NCBI GenBank assembly: GCA_041653835.1
Contig: JBAZEP010000006.1
Span: forward strand, 37 to 64,036
Source of the DNA: Candidatus Omnitrophota bacterium
GTDB lineage: Bacteria; Omnitrophota; Gorgyraeia; Gorgyraeales; Gorgyraeaceae
Length of the DNA: 64,000 nucleotides
Direction: 5' to 3'
Shown here one piece after another: positions 1 through 9,606 of this stretch. The notes below the pieces were generated by a model that was not told the DNA's origin, made no database searches, and saw only the letters and a list, made by a program, of their open reading frames with translations. Each line of letters begins with the position of its first letter. The first letter of the stretch is position 1. The translations under genes were made by a program, and so were the position numbers.

Positions 1-17
1 TTTCGGTAAGCGGCTAC

Positions 18-875
18 ATGGATAAAAACCTGGTAAAGATAGCGTTTTTATTCATCATCGTGGGATATGGCACAAAGGCGGGCCTGGCGCCTATGCATAC
101 CTGGCTTCCGGACGCGCACAGCCAGGCGATATCGCCGGTAAGCGCGCTTCTCTCGGGGGTGCTTTTAAAAACCGCGATGTACGCTATATTACGATTTAGC
201 ATAATAACGAATAACTGCGTAGGGGCGGATTTTTCCTCTAAATTATTCATCATATTCGCCCTTGTGTCACTGGCTGTCTCCGCCGGATTTATTATCATAC
301 AAAAGCACATGAAAAGGCTCCTGGCGTACAGCAGTATCGAGCATATGGGCATTATATCGCTGGGCATCGGTTTCGGGGGGCCGATCGGCACATACGCGGC
401 GCTCTTCCATATACTGAACCACGCTATTACAAAGCCCCTGATGTTCTTCGGAGCGGCGAACATCATCAAAAAATATAAAAAAGACAATATGAATATGATA
501 AAAGGCGTCATAAGCTCGATGCCTTTCACCGGGGTCATATTCGCGCTTGGTATGTTCAGCCTCATAGGCATGCCGCCTTTTTCGATATTTTTCAGCGAAC
601 TTCTGGTGCTGATGGCGGGCTTCGGAAGAGGCCTTTATCTGGCGTCCGGGCTGTATCTGTTCTTTCTCGCGCTTATATTCGCGGGGATCCTGTATCATTT
701 CAGCAGGGCACTGTTCGGCAATAGACCCGAGGGCATGAAGACAGCCGAAGAAAGCCTGTCGATAAAAACAGTTTTCATATTCCTGTTTGTGCTTATGGTT
801 ATCCTGGGCATCGCGATGCCCGCGTTTTTGAATAAGGCCATCACGGCAGGCGCGATGATCCTGGAGGGTATTTAG
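18..875 (+). CDS. Antiporter-like membrane subunit (NuoL/M/N, HyfB family) of a group-4 hydrogenase/Ehr-type complex; C-terminal part, 5' end outside window
   Basis: HTWLPDAHSQAISPVSALLSGVLLKTAMYAILRF motif typical of NuoL/M/N-HyfB proton-pumping subunits; multiple TM helices; directly precedes the NuoCD-like and NuoB-like genes. Confidence 0.6.
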   Translation: MDKNLVKIAFLFIIVGYGTKAGLAPMHTWLPDAHSQAISPVSALLSGVLLKTAMYAILRFSIITNNCVGADFSSKLFIIFALVSLAVSAGFIIIQKHMKRLLAYSSIEHMGIISLGIGFGGPIGTYAALFHILNHAITKPLMFFGAANIIKKYKKDNMNMIKGVISSMPFTGVIFALGMFSLIGMPPFSIFFSELLVLMAGFGRGLYLASGLYLFFLALIFAGILYHFSRALFGNRPEGMKTAEESLSIKTVFIFLFVLMVILGIAMPAFLNKAITAGAMILEGI

Positions 876-2384
876 ATGGACGAAGCGCATATATATGTAA
901 AACCAGAGAATTTCAAAAAGGCGTGTTTATATTTTCATAAAAAACTCGCTTCTCCCGTAGTAATGATGTTCGCGTGCGACGAAAGGCCTGAACGCGGCTC
1001 TTTCAGGATTTACTGCGTTTTTATGGGGATAAAATACAGGAAATGGGTTTTCGTGGCAATGGATATAGCCGGCGATAAGCCCGGGTTCGAGTCGATAGCG
1101 AAGGAGATATATTCGGCGGGGCTTTTTGAAAGGGAGATAAAAGAGATGTTCGGGATATCGCCGCTGGGAAACCCTGATACGAGAAGGCTTCGCCTGCACG
1201 ACGAAGTATGGCCGGAAGGGTATTTTCCGCTCAGGAAAGATTTTAAAAAACCCGGGCACGCGGAAAAAGAAAAGAAAGAATATGTTTTTAATAAAATCGA
1301 CGGAGAAGGGATATTCGAGGTTCCGGTGGGACCTGTACACGCGGGTATCATACCGCCCGGCCATTTCAGGTTCAGCGTCGCGGGAGAACCTATTATAAGC
1401 CTGGAAGCCAGGCTTGGCTGGCTCCACAGGGGTATCGAGAAAATATTTGAGGGTAAAGACCCTGGTTTTGGCGTCAAGCTTTCGGAATGTGTCGCGGGCG
1501 ATTCAGCGTTTTCCAACAGTATGGCGTTCTGCGCCGCGGTCGAGAGAATATGCGGGATCAGCGTCCCGGAAAAAGCGCTATTTTTAAGGGCGGTATTTCT
1601 CGAACTCGAAAGGATGTATAATCACGTAAATGACATAAGCGGCATAGCGATTGATGTAGGTTTTAGTTTTCCCGCGATGTACGCCGCTATCATGAAAGAA
1701 AATATCCTGTCTTTGAACGAGAACCTGACAGGCTCAAGATATCTTAAAGGTGTTAATGTAATAGGAGGTGTTTCAGCGGATATAGGTGAGGAGAAAAAAG
1801 CAGTTTTGTTAAATAAACTCGATGCGCTGGAAAAGGATTTTAGGGAACTCAAAGAAATGCTCTATTCGAGCGCCTCTTTAATGGACAGGCTTGACGGTAC
1901 CGGGATACTCAAGAAAAAAACAGCGGAAGACCTGGGTGTCCTGGGCCTCGCGGCAAGGGCAAGCGCTATTGAAAGAGATATGAGGAAAGATTTCCCCGGG
2001 ATTTATAGCAAGGTTAAATTCAATATATCGAAGGAAGCGGGCGGGGATGTGATGGCAAGGCTTAATATAAGAGTAAGCGAGTTTGAAGAGTCTATCGACT
2101 TGATAAAGCAGTTTGCCGGGAAGATAGGACAGGGGAATATAATTGTACAGGGAAAAATTGGATATGAGAAAGGTTCCGCTCTCGGATACATGGAATCATG
2201 GAGAGGGCCTTTATTGTACTGGGTTAAATTGGGAGATAACGGCATTATCGAAAGGTGCAAGATAGTAGACGTGTCGTTTCACAACTGGGAAGGGTTATGT
2301 TATTCAGTACTTGGAGACATCATCCCTGATTTCCCTGTGTGCAACAAAAGTTTCGACCTGTCTTACTCAGCCAACGACCTGTAG
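876..2384 (+). CDS. Fused NuoC-like/NuoD-like large subunit related to group-4 [NiFe]-hydrogenase (Ehr-like; Ni-binding Cys motifs degenerate)
   Basis: N-terminal 30-kDa (NuoC/HycE N-term) like region followed by large-subunit region with RLGWLHRGIEK; L1 motif reads RICGIS instead of RxCGxC and C-terminal DPCxxC is replaced by DFPVCNKS. Confidence 0.65.
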   Translation: MDEAHIYVKPENFKKACLYFHKKLASPVVMMFACDERPERGSFRIYCVFMGIKYRKWVFVAMDIAGDKPGFESIAKEIYSAGLFEREIKEMFGISPLGNPDTRRLRLHDEVWPEGYFPLRKDFKKPGHAEKEKKEYVFNKIDGEGIFEVPVGPVHAGIIPPGHFRFSVAGEPIISLEARLGWLHRGIEKIFEGKDPGFGVKLSECVAGDSAFSNSMAFCAAVERICGISVPEKALFLRAVFLELERMYNHVNDISGIAIDVGFSFPAMYAAIMKENILSLNENLTGSRYLKGVNVIGGVSADIGEEKKAVLLNKLDALEKDFRELKEMLYSSASLMDRLDGTGILKKKTAEDLGVLGLAARASAIERDMRKDFPGIYSKVKFNISKEAGGDVMARLNIRVSEFEESIDLIKQFAGKIGQGNIIVQGKIGYEKGSALGYMESWRGPLLYWVKLGDNGIIERCKIVDVSFHNWEGLCYSVLGDIIPDFPVCNKSFDLSYSANDL

Positions 2385-2385
2385 C

Positions 2386-2424
2386 TAATGTTACATTGTG
2401 ACAGTGTCATAATGTAACATTACA
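2386..2424. repeat. Near-perfect palindrome taatgttacattgtgaca-g-tgtcataatgtaacatta (variant of the CTAATGT...ACATTAG family)
   Basis: Inverted repeat read directly, one mismatch; starts 2 nt after stop of large subunit. Confidence 0.5.
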
Positions 2425-2433
2425 GATAAAATT

Positions 2434-2937
2434 ATGATTAATATGCTTAAAAATAGAATGATAAAAGGGATTGTTACAAGGCCTATTGAAGCGGACGCGG
2501 AGATAGAGAAAATAGGCGGCGAGCTAAAAAAGCTTATACATGAAAAATTCGGCAGGTCTTTTCATATAAGGGAAGTCGACGCCGGCTCCTGTTATGCCTG
2601 TGAATCCGAAATAATAGCCACTACTAATCCCATATACGATATACAGAGATTCGGTATTAATTTTGTGGCATCACCCAGGCACGCGGACGCGCTTCTGGTC
2701 ACAGGCCCTGTCTCGAAGAATATGGCGCTCGCTCTCAAAAAGACCTATGACGCCATGCCTAGCCCGAAGTTCGTTATTACCTGCGGCGACTGCGCTCTTG
2801 ATGGCGGGATATTCAAGGACTCCTATTATGTAGAAAACGGCGTCGGTAGCATCTTGCCGGTTGATTTGCATATACCTGGCTGTCCGCCCAGCCCCACAGC
2901 GATAATAAAATCTATCCTGTATTTTCTGGAAAAGTAG
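2434..2937 (+). CDS. NuoB-like / group-4 hydrogenase small subunit (4Fe-4S)
   Basis: CYAC ... VITCGDCAL ... HIPGCPPSP cysteine pattern of NuoB/HycG family. Confidence 0.7.
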   Translation: MINMLKNRMIKGIVTRPIEADAEIEKIGGELKKLIHEKFGRSFHIREVDAGSCYACESEIIATTNPIYDIQRFGINFVASPRHADALLVTGPVSKNMALALKKTYDAMPSPKFVITCGDCALDGGIFKDSYYVENGVGSILPVDLHIPGCPPSPTAIIKSILYFLEK

Positions 2938-2959
2938 CCTTGGGCGTTTTCTAATTTAC

Positions 2960-2987
2960 TTGACACAACGGAAAAACATGGTATAAT
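2960..2987 (+). promoter_or_regulatory. Sigma70-type promoter TTGACA-16-TATAAT for the pyr operon
   Basis: ttgaca at 2960-2965, tataat at 2982-2987. Confidence 0.5.
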
Positions 2988-3009
2988 TCAAAATTAACAG
3001 ATACCTTTA

Positions 3010-3050
3010 AATCAGCACAGAGAGGCTGAAAAGGGAGCGAAAAGTGGATA
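3010..3050 (+). promoter_or_regulatory. PyrR-binding RNA loop (pyr attenuator anti-antiterminator element)
   Basis: AGCACAGAGAGGCUGAAAAGG resembles PyrR box consensus ARUCCNGNGAGGYU; located in leader of pyrR. Confidence 0.5.
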
Positions 3051-3090
3051 TTTCAGATAGAGTTTTGTTAAATATATTGTGCCAACACAA

Positions 3091-3132
3091 CCTCGCAGAG
3101 GGCATAAAAGCCTTTTGCGAGGTTTTTTATTT
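3091..3132 (+). terminator. Intrinsic terminator / attenuator hairpin in pyr leader
   Basis: cctcgca...tgcgagg stem followed by ttttttattt, immediately upstream of pyrR RBS. Confidence 0.6.
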
Positions 3133-3141
3133 GAGGTAAAC

Positions 3142-3681
3142 ATGCCCATAAAACAGGTTTTTACCAGGGAAGAGATCGAGCGCGCCATTACCAGGATAAG
3201 CCACGAGATCATAGAAAATAATAAAGGCGTCAAAAGCCTCGCCATAGTAGGCATCAGGACCAGGGGGTATGTCCTGGCGGAGCGTATCGCCAAAGTAATA
3301 GACAATCTGTACGGGACTAAATTGGATGTAGGCGCTCTGGATATAACATTTTACAGGGATGACCTCAGTGTCATATCGGAACAGCCCGTAATACACAATA
3401 CGGAGATAGATTTCGACATAGAGAATAAGAATATAATTCTAGTGGACGATGTTTTATATACAGGCCGGACTATCAGGTGCGCGCTGGATGCCCTGATAGA
3501 CTTTGGCAGGCCCGGGACTATACAATTGGCAGTGCTGATCGACAGGGGCCATCGTGAGCTCCCTATACGGGCTGATTATGTGGGGAAAAACCTTCCTACA
3601 TCCCGGAAAGAGCTTGTGCAGGTCAAATTGCAGGAAATAGACAATGAAGACAGTGTAAGTATAGAGGAAAACGGGGAATGA
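3142..3681 (+). CDS. pyrR: Bifunctional pyrimidine operon regulatory protein / uracil phosphoribosyltransferase PyrR
   Basis: [25 protein letters not shown]..., PRTase motif [13 protein letters not shown]; start moved to ATG 3142 with GAGGT RBS. Confidence 0.85.
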   Translation: MPIKQVFTREEIERAITRISHEIIENNKGVKSLAIVGIRTRGYVLAERIAKVIDNLYGTKLDVGALDITFYRDDLSVISEQPVIHNTEIDFDIENKNIILVDDVLYTGRTIRCALDALIDFGRPGTIQLAVLIDRGHRELPIRADYVGKNLPTSRKELVQVKLQEIDNEDSVSIEENGE

Positions 3682-4646
3682 CAAAAAAGAAAACAACAAA
3701 ATGGGCGCACAAAGACCTCCTGGGGCTGGAAGAGCTTTCAAGAGAAGATATCGAACTCATACTTGACACAGCCGTGTCTTTCAGGGAGATATTGGACAGG
3801 AAGATAAAAAAGGTGCCTGCCCTGCGCGGAAAAACCGTGGTCAATCTTTTTTACGAACCATCCACAAGGACAAGGGTATCTTTTGAGGTGGCGGCGAAAA
3901 GGCTTTCCGCGGACGTAATAAATATCGCGGTGGAATCTTCAAGCGTGAGAAAAGGCGAGACATTGAACGATACAGGCAAAAATATAGAGGCATTGAAAGC
4001 TGATATAATTATATTAAGGCACAATTGTTCGGGCGCGGCCACGATGCTGGCGCGCAATGTGAACATAAGCGTGATTAATGCCGGGGACGGATGGCACGAA
4101 CATCCTACGCAGGCGCTCCTGGATATGTTTACGCTGAGGCAGAAGACAGGAAAGTTAGAGGGCTTGAACGTAAGCATAGTCGGGGATATCGCGCATTCCC
4201 GCGTAGCCCGCTCGAATATATGGGGGTTGACCAAATTCGGGGCAAATGTAACTGTGTGCGCGCCCAGGATATTGATCCCCCCGGGAATAGAAAAAATGGG
4301 CGTCAGGGTTACGGATGATATCGACGAGGCGCTGAAAGAATCCGACGCCGTGAATGTGCTTAGGATGCAGTTTGAGCGCGATGACTCAAAGGCGTTCCCA
4401 AGCCAGCTGGAATATTTCAAAAATTTCGGGATTACGGAAGAGAGGATCGAAAAAGCCAGGAAAGGCATTATCGTGATGCACCCGGGACCGATAAACAGGG
4501 GTGTTGAGATCTCCAGCGGGATCGCGGACGGGGAAAATTCCGTGATACTCGAACAGGTCACGAACGGCATCGCGGTCAGGATGGCGGTGCTCTTCTGGGT
4601 ATCCCAGGCAAAAGACAAGGATATAAAGAATGAAATTACTTATTAA
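3678..4646 (+). CDS. pyrB: Aspartate carbamoyltransferase catalytic subunit
   Basis: [21 protein letters not shown] motifs. Confidence 0.9.
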   Translation: MTKKKTTKWAHKDLLGLEELSREDIELILDTAVSFREILDRKIKKVPALRGKTVVNLFYEPSTRTRVSFEVAAKRLSADVINIAVESSSVRKGETLNDTGKNIEALKADIIILRHNCSGAATMLARNVNISVINAGDGWHEHPTQALLDMFTLRQKTGKLEGLNVSIVGDIAHSRVARSNIWGLTKFGANVTVCAPRILIPPGIEKMGVRVTDDIDEALKESDAVNVLRMQFERDDSKAFPSQLEYFKNFGITEERIEKARKGIIVMHPGPINRGVEISSGIADGENSVILEQVTNGIAVRMAVLFWVSQAKDKDIKNEITY

Positions 4647-5904
4647 AAACGGGCATATGGTAGATCCTGCCAACAAGATAGACGGGATAGCGGATATCCT
4701 TGTGGAAAACGGGAAAATAGCTAAAGTGGGCAAGGATATAAATACCGCGGCTGAGACAGTTATCGACGCCTCCGGTAAAATAGTAATACCCGGCATAGTG
4801 GATATGCATGTGCATTTGAGAGAGCCGGGCAGGGAAGACAAAGAGACTGTCGCGAGCGGCACAAAGGCAGCCGCGAAAGGCGGGGTTACGAGCGTCCTTG
4901 CCATGCCGAACACCCTGCCGAGCCTTGATTCACAGGATATAATCAGGACACTCAGGGATATTATAAATAAAACAGCGAATATAGATGTATTTATATGCGG
5001 GGCGATAACAATAGGAAGAGAAGGCAAGGCATTAACGAACGCGGCAATGTTAAAAAAAGAAGGCATAACCGCGCTCTCCGATGACGGCTCCTCGGTTGAC
5101 AGCGATGAATTGATGTTAAAGGCATTAAAGGCCGCCAAAAAAGAAAATCTCCTTGTTATATGCCACTCCGAAGATAAAGCCCTTGCCGCGAAAGGCGTGG
5201 TCAACATGGGATTCACATCCACAAGGCTGGGCTTGAGAGGCATATCAAAAGAATCCGAATATGAAAGAATAGCCAGGGACATAAAACTGGCGGAAGAGGC
5301 GGGCGCGGCAGCGCACATCGCCCATGTAAGCACGCTCGAGGGTGTGGAGATAATAAGAAAAGCCAGGAAAAAAGGTTTTAAAGTGACCGCGGAAACAGCG
5401 CCGCATTATTTCAGCCTGAGCGACGAAGATCTTCTGGACTATAATACAAATATGAAGGTCAATCCTCCTTTAAGGACAAAAGATGATGTCCTGGCGATAA
5501 AAGAGGGATTGAAAGACGGCACAATAGACATTATCGCGTCCGACCACGCCCCTCATACCGAGAGCGAAAAAGAAATAGAATTCGAACGCGCGGAATTCGG
5601 GAGCATAGGGTTAGAGACAGAACTCAGCGTGGTTATCACGGAACTCGCGGGCACGGGATTATTGACATGGAATGATATCGTAAAAAAGATCTCTCTTAAC
5701 CCGGCAAAGGCGCTGAATATAGACAAAGGCACATTGGGGCAGGGAAAAGACGCTGACATTACTATTATTTCTCCTGACAAAGAATGGGTAGTCAAAAAAA
5801 GCGATCTTGTTTCCAAGTCCAGGAATTCCGCGTTTTTGGGCAGGAAATTAAAAGGCGTAGTCGAATATACTTTGTGCAAAGGAAAGGTCGTGTATAAGGC
5901 ATGA
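4630..5904 (+). CDS. pyrC: Dihydroorotase
   Basis: DMHVHLREPG metal-binding motif, amidohydrolase fold signatures. Confidence 0.85.
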   Translation: MKLLIKNGHMVDPANKIDGIADILVENGKIAKVGKDINTAAETVIDASGKIVIPGIVDMHVHLREPGREDKETVASGTKAAAKGGVTSVLAMPNTLPSLDSQDIIRTLRDIINKTANIDVFICGAITIGREGKALTNAAMLKKEGITALSDDGSSVDSDELMLKALKAAKKENLLVICHSEDKALAAKGVVNMGFTSTRLGLRGISKESEYERIARDIKLAEEAGAAAHIAHVSTLEGVEIIRKARKKGFKVTAETAPHYFSLSDEDLLDYNTNMKVNPPLRTKDDVLAIKEGLKDGTIDIIASDHAPHTESEKEIEFERAEFGSIGLETELSVVITELAGTGLLTWNDIVKKISLNPAKALNIDKGTLGQGKDADITIISPDKEWVVKKSDLVSKSRNSAFLGRKLKGVVEYTLCKGKVVYKA

Positions 5905-7133
5905 AATTCATAGCGGATTTTCATATACACTCTAAATACAGCCGGGCTACAAGCCCTGATATGAACGTAAAGACGCTTTCGGAATACGCGAAACTTAAGG
6001 GCATATCTTTGCTGGGCACGGGAGACTTTACGCACTATCTGTGGCTGGAAGAGCTGAAAAATACGCTTAAGGATTCAGCCAACGGCTTATTCGAATATAA
6101 CGGCGTGAATTTTATGCTTACAGGAGAGATATCGAGCATATATTCCAAGAACGGCAAAGTAAGAAAGATACATAACGTAATCTTTGTCCCGAGCTTTGAT
6201 ATCGCGGATAAGATAAACTCGGTTCTTTCGGGTTACGGCAATATCGCGTCCGACGGACGGCCCATCATAGGCATTGACGCGAAAGACTTGGCGGAGATAT
6301 TATTCGGCATCAGTAAGGATATCTGCTTGGTGCCGGGCCATATCTGGACCCCCTGGTTCTCGCTCTTCGGCTCCAAGTCTGGCTTTGATTCGATAGAAGA
6401 GTGTTTTGAAAAATACGCGAAAGACATCTACGCGCTTGAGACAGGGCTTTCTTCGGACCCGTCAATGAACTGGCAGTGGAGCAAATTAGACAGGTTCAGC
6501 CTGATATCGAATTCCGACTCTCACAGCGCGCGGAAAATAGGCAGGGAAGCCAATGTGTTTAATACCGAGATGAGTTATAACGCGGTATTGGACGCGCTCA
6601 GGAAAAAAGACAAAAAGAAATTTTTATCCACTATCGAATTTTTTCCCGAGGAAGGCAAATACCATTACGACGGCCACCGTCTCTGCAATGTTAGGTTCAG
6701 TCCACAAGAGAGCAAAAAAAATAAAAATATCTGTCCAGCATGCGGAAAACCACTTACAATAGGGGTTATGAACAGGGTAGCGGAACTGGCTGACAGGCCC
6801 GAAGGTTTTGTCCCGGAAAACAGCATCCCCTACAAAAGGATGATACCTTTGGCTGAGATAATCGCCGATGTATTGGACGTGGGGGACGCGTCCAAGGCGG
6901 TTGACACGGAATACCGCGCGATAGTCCCAAGGCTTGGCACTGAACTTGAAGTGCTCATTGAGATAAACGAGGACAAACTTTTAAAGGAACTGCCTGCAAA
7001 GATAGCGAAGGCGATCATAAACGTAAGGAACGGTAATGTTAATATCCTGCCGGGCTTTGACGGCGAATACGGCACAATAGAGATATTGAAAGAAAAAGAC
7101 GCCTCAGGCGAAAAGCAGATGGATTTATTTTGA
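5901..7133 (+). CDS. PHP-domain protein with C-terminal Zn-finger, endonuclease Q-like
   Basis: N-terminal FHIHSKYSRA PHP motif, GHRLC...CPACGKP zinc ribbon, C-terminal ILPGFDGEYG; embedded in pyr operon. Confidence 0.45.
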   Translation: MKFIADFHIHSKYSRATSPDMNVKTLSEYAKLKGISLLGTGDFTHYLWLEELKNTLKDSANGLFEYNGVNFMLTGEISSIYSKNGKVRKIHNVIFVPSFDIADKINSVLSGYGNIASDGRPIIGIDAKDLAEILFGISKDICLVPGHIWTPWFSLFGSKSGFDSIEECFEKYAKDIYALETGLSSDPSMNWQWSKLDRFSLISNSDSHSARKIGREANVFNTEMSYNAVLDALRKKDKKKFLSTIEFFPEEGKYHYDGHRLCNVRFSPQESKKNKNICPACGKPLTIGVMNRVAELADRPEGFVPENSIPYKRMIPLAEIIADVLDVGDASKAVDTEYRAIVPRLGTELEVLIEINEDKLLKELPAKIAKAIINVRNGNVNILPGFDGEYGTIEILKEKDASGEKQMDLF

Positions 7134-7134
7134 T

Positions 7135-7914
7135 ATGAAAGACATCAGGGCAAAAATTTTATCCAATAAAAAGACCGGGCACGCTTATTATAAGATGGTT
7201 ATCGACGCCCCTTATATAGCGAGGGCGGCGAAGCCGGGCCAGTTTGTGCAGATTAAGTGCGGGGAGAATTCCGGGCCGCTTTTAAGAAGGCCGTTCAGTA
7301 TCCATAAGGTGGAAAGAGGGATAGAGATTTTATATGAAGTGGTCGGTATCGGCACAAGGATATTAGCGGGTAAAAGACAAGGGGATTTTATAGATGTTTT
7401 AGGGCCTCTGGGGAACGGATTTTCTGTGCCGCGGGCACAGGGCTTAAAGCCCAGGGCCATTATTATCGCGGGCGGCATAGGCGCCGCGCCGCTCGTATAT
7501 CTGGCGGAAGAATTGAAGAAAAAAAAGATAAAAACGATTGCGTTGATAGGCGCAAAGACAAAAAATCTTATTTTATGCGAAAAGGATTTCAAAAAGGCCG
7601 GGGCAGAGGTCTATATCTCCACCGATGACGGCAGTTATGGCTGTCATGGGTTTGTGTCAAAACTGTTCCACAAGATTTTAAAGACCTCGGAAAGTAAATT
7701 CATGACCGTAGTATATGTCTGCGGGCCGCATGGGATGCTCAGGTGCATCGCGGATATATGCAAGGAAAGAAATTTTGAGTGCCAGTTGTCGCTGGAAGAG
7801 AGAATGGCTTGCGGGATCGGCGCGTGCCTGGGATGTGTAGTCAATACGATATCAGGCAATAAACTTGCCTGCAAAGACGGCCCGGTCTTTAACGCCTCTG
7901 AACTAACCTGGTAA
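7135..7914 (+). CDS. pyrK: Dihydroorotate dehydrogenase electron transfer subunit
   Basis: FAD/NAD-binding fold, C-terminal CGxGxCxxC 2Fe-2S motif (MACGIGACLGCVV). Confidence 0.85.
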   Translation: MKDIRAKILSNKKTGHAYYKMVIDAPYIARAAKPGQFVQIKCGENSGPLLRRPFSIHKVERGIEILYEVVGIGTRILAGKRQGDFIDVLGPLGNGFSVPRAQGLKPRAIIIAGGIGAAPLVYLAEELKKKKIKTIALIGAKTKNLILCEKDFKKAGAEVYISTDDGSYGCHGFVSKLFHKILKTSESKFMTVVYVCGPHGMLRCIADICKERNFECQLSLEERMACGIGACLGCVVNTISGNKLACKDGPVFNASELTW

Positions 7915-7923
7915 ACTTAGGAA

Positions 7924-8850
7924 ATGACGGGAACAAAAATGGCGATTTTGGACATAAAAATAGGGAAGATTAAATTAAAGAATCCTGTGATGGCCGCTTC
8001 AGGCACTTTCGGGTATGCCAGGGAATTTGAAAAGTTAACCGACCTTTCTCTTATAGGAGCTATTATCACAAAAACGATTACCCTTAATCCGCGGCAGGGA
8101 AATCCCATGCCCAGGATATGCGAGACCTCGGCGGGGATGCTTAACGCGATCGGGCTCCAGAACGAAGGGTTCGATAATTTCATAAAAGAAAAAATGCCGT
8201 ATCTCTCCAGGCTCGGCGTGCCGGTTATCATAAGTATATCCGGGAACAATATAGACGAGTTCTTTATCCTCGCGAAACGGCTCGATAAAATAAAAAGCAT
8301 AGCCGGCATAGAGCTGAATATATCCTGCCCGAACATCAAGTGCGAAGGCCTGGTGGCGCAGGACGCTAAAGAAACTTACGAGGTTGTAAAGGCTGTCAGG
8401 AAAATAACAGGAAAGACTGTTATCACAAAACTTTCCCCGAACGTGACGGATGTAGTCAAGATTGCCGGCGCCGCGGAGGACGCGGGTTCGGACGCGGTAA
8501 GCTTGGTCAATACATTCTTAGGCATGGCGATAGACATTGATACAAGAAAACCGAAATTAGGGAATATCACAGGCGGCTTAAGCGGCCCGTGCATAAAACC
8601 TATAGCCGTGAGAATGGTATACGAGGTAGCGAGAAATATAGATATCCCTGTCATAGGTATAGGCGGTATAATGGCGAGCGATGACGCTATAGAGTTTATG
8701 CTGGCAGGCGCCACAGCTGTCCAGATAGGTACCGCTAATTTTGTAGATCCGGGTATTTGTGTTAAGACAGTAAGAGGGATAGAAAATTATTTGAGAAAGC
8801 ATAAGATAGAAAAAATCGAAGATATTATAGGCGGCATGGAGCAAAAGTGA
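7924..8850 (+). CDS. pyrD: Dihydroorotate dehydrogenase catalytic subunit (class 1B)
   Basis: TIM-barrel DHODH motifs (AASGTFGY, NISCPN, IGIGGI). Confidence 0.9.
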   Translation: MTGTKMAILDIKIGKIKLKNPVMAASGTFGYAREFEKLTDLSLIGAIITKTITLNPRQGNPMPRICETSAGMLNAIGLQNEGFDNFIKEKMPYLSRLGVPVIISISGNNIDEFFILAKRLDKIKSIAGIELNISCPNIKCEGLVAQDAKETYEVVKAVRKITGKTVITKLSPNVTDVVKIAGAAEDAGSDAVSLVNTFLGMAIDIDTRKPKLGNITGGLSGPCIKPIAVRMVYEVARNIDIPVIGIGGIMASDDAIEFMLAGATAVQIGTANFVDPGICVKTVRGIENYLRKHKIEKIEDIIGGMEQK

Positions 8851-9539
8851 AAGACAAAGTCATTGTAGCGCTGGATGTGAATAGTCTTAAAGAAGAACAG
8901 CGGCTCCTGGATATCTTAAGCCCGCATGTCAGGGTTTTTAAAATAGGCATGGAATTATTTTATTCATGCGGGGCGAAGGCAGTGGAGCTTGTCAAAAAAT
9001 ATGACAGGGACATATTCCTGGACCTGAAATTCCACGATATCCCAAATACAGTTTACGCCGCGGCTAAAGCCGCTGTAAGGTTCGAGGTGTTTATGTTCAA
9101 TGTGCACGCCTCAGGCGGCGCGGATATGATGAAAAAGGCGCTGGAAGGCGCGGAAGAAGAAAGCGAAAAGCTTGGTATAGCCAGGCCGAAAATTTTAGGC
9201 GTGACAGTCCTTACCAGCATGGACACAGAAGCGCTTAAAAAGACAGGCATCAATAAATTACCTGAAGAGCAGGTGTTGAATTTAGCGAGACTGGCTAAAG
9301 AAGCGGGATTGGATGGCGTGGTGGCATCTCCCGAAGAAATAACCGCAATAAGAAAAAATATCGGGAAAGATTTTTTAATAGTTACCCCGGGCGTCAGGCC
9401 GTTAGGTTCGGATACCGGGGATCAAAAAAGGGTGGCTACGCCGAAAGAGGCATTTGAGCGGGGCGCGGATTATATTGTGGTCGGAAGGCCTGTCACAAAA
9501 GCCAAAGATCCTGTTAAGGCGCTCGAAACAATCATATAA
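8847..9539 (+). CDS. pyrF: Orotidine 5'-phosphate decarboxylase
   Basis: DLKFHDIPNTV motif. Confidence 0.85.
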   Translation: MKDKVIVALDVNSLKEEQRLLDILSPHVRVFKIGMELFYSCGAKAVELVKKYDRDIFLDLKFHDIPNTVYAAAKAAVRFEVFMFNVHASGGADMMKKALEGAEEESEKLGIARPKILGVTVLTSMDTEALKKTGINKLPEEQVLNLARLAKEAGLDGVVASPEEITAIRKNIGKDFLIVTPGVRPLGSDTGDQKRVATPKEAFERGADYIVVGRPVTKAKDPVKALETII

Positions 9540-9543
9540 AAAT

Positions 9544-9588
9544 CCCTAATGTCACATTTAAGACACTGTCTTAAATGTGACATTAGGG
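9544..9588. repeat. 45-nt perfect palindrome containing 41-nt core CTAATGTCACATTTAAGACACTGTCTTAAATGTGACATTAG (copy 1)
   Basis: Exact inverted repeat read in sequence; identical 41-nt core at 44028..44068. Confidence 0.8.
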
Positions 9589-9606
9589 AAACAGAAGAGG
9601 GGTTTT

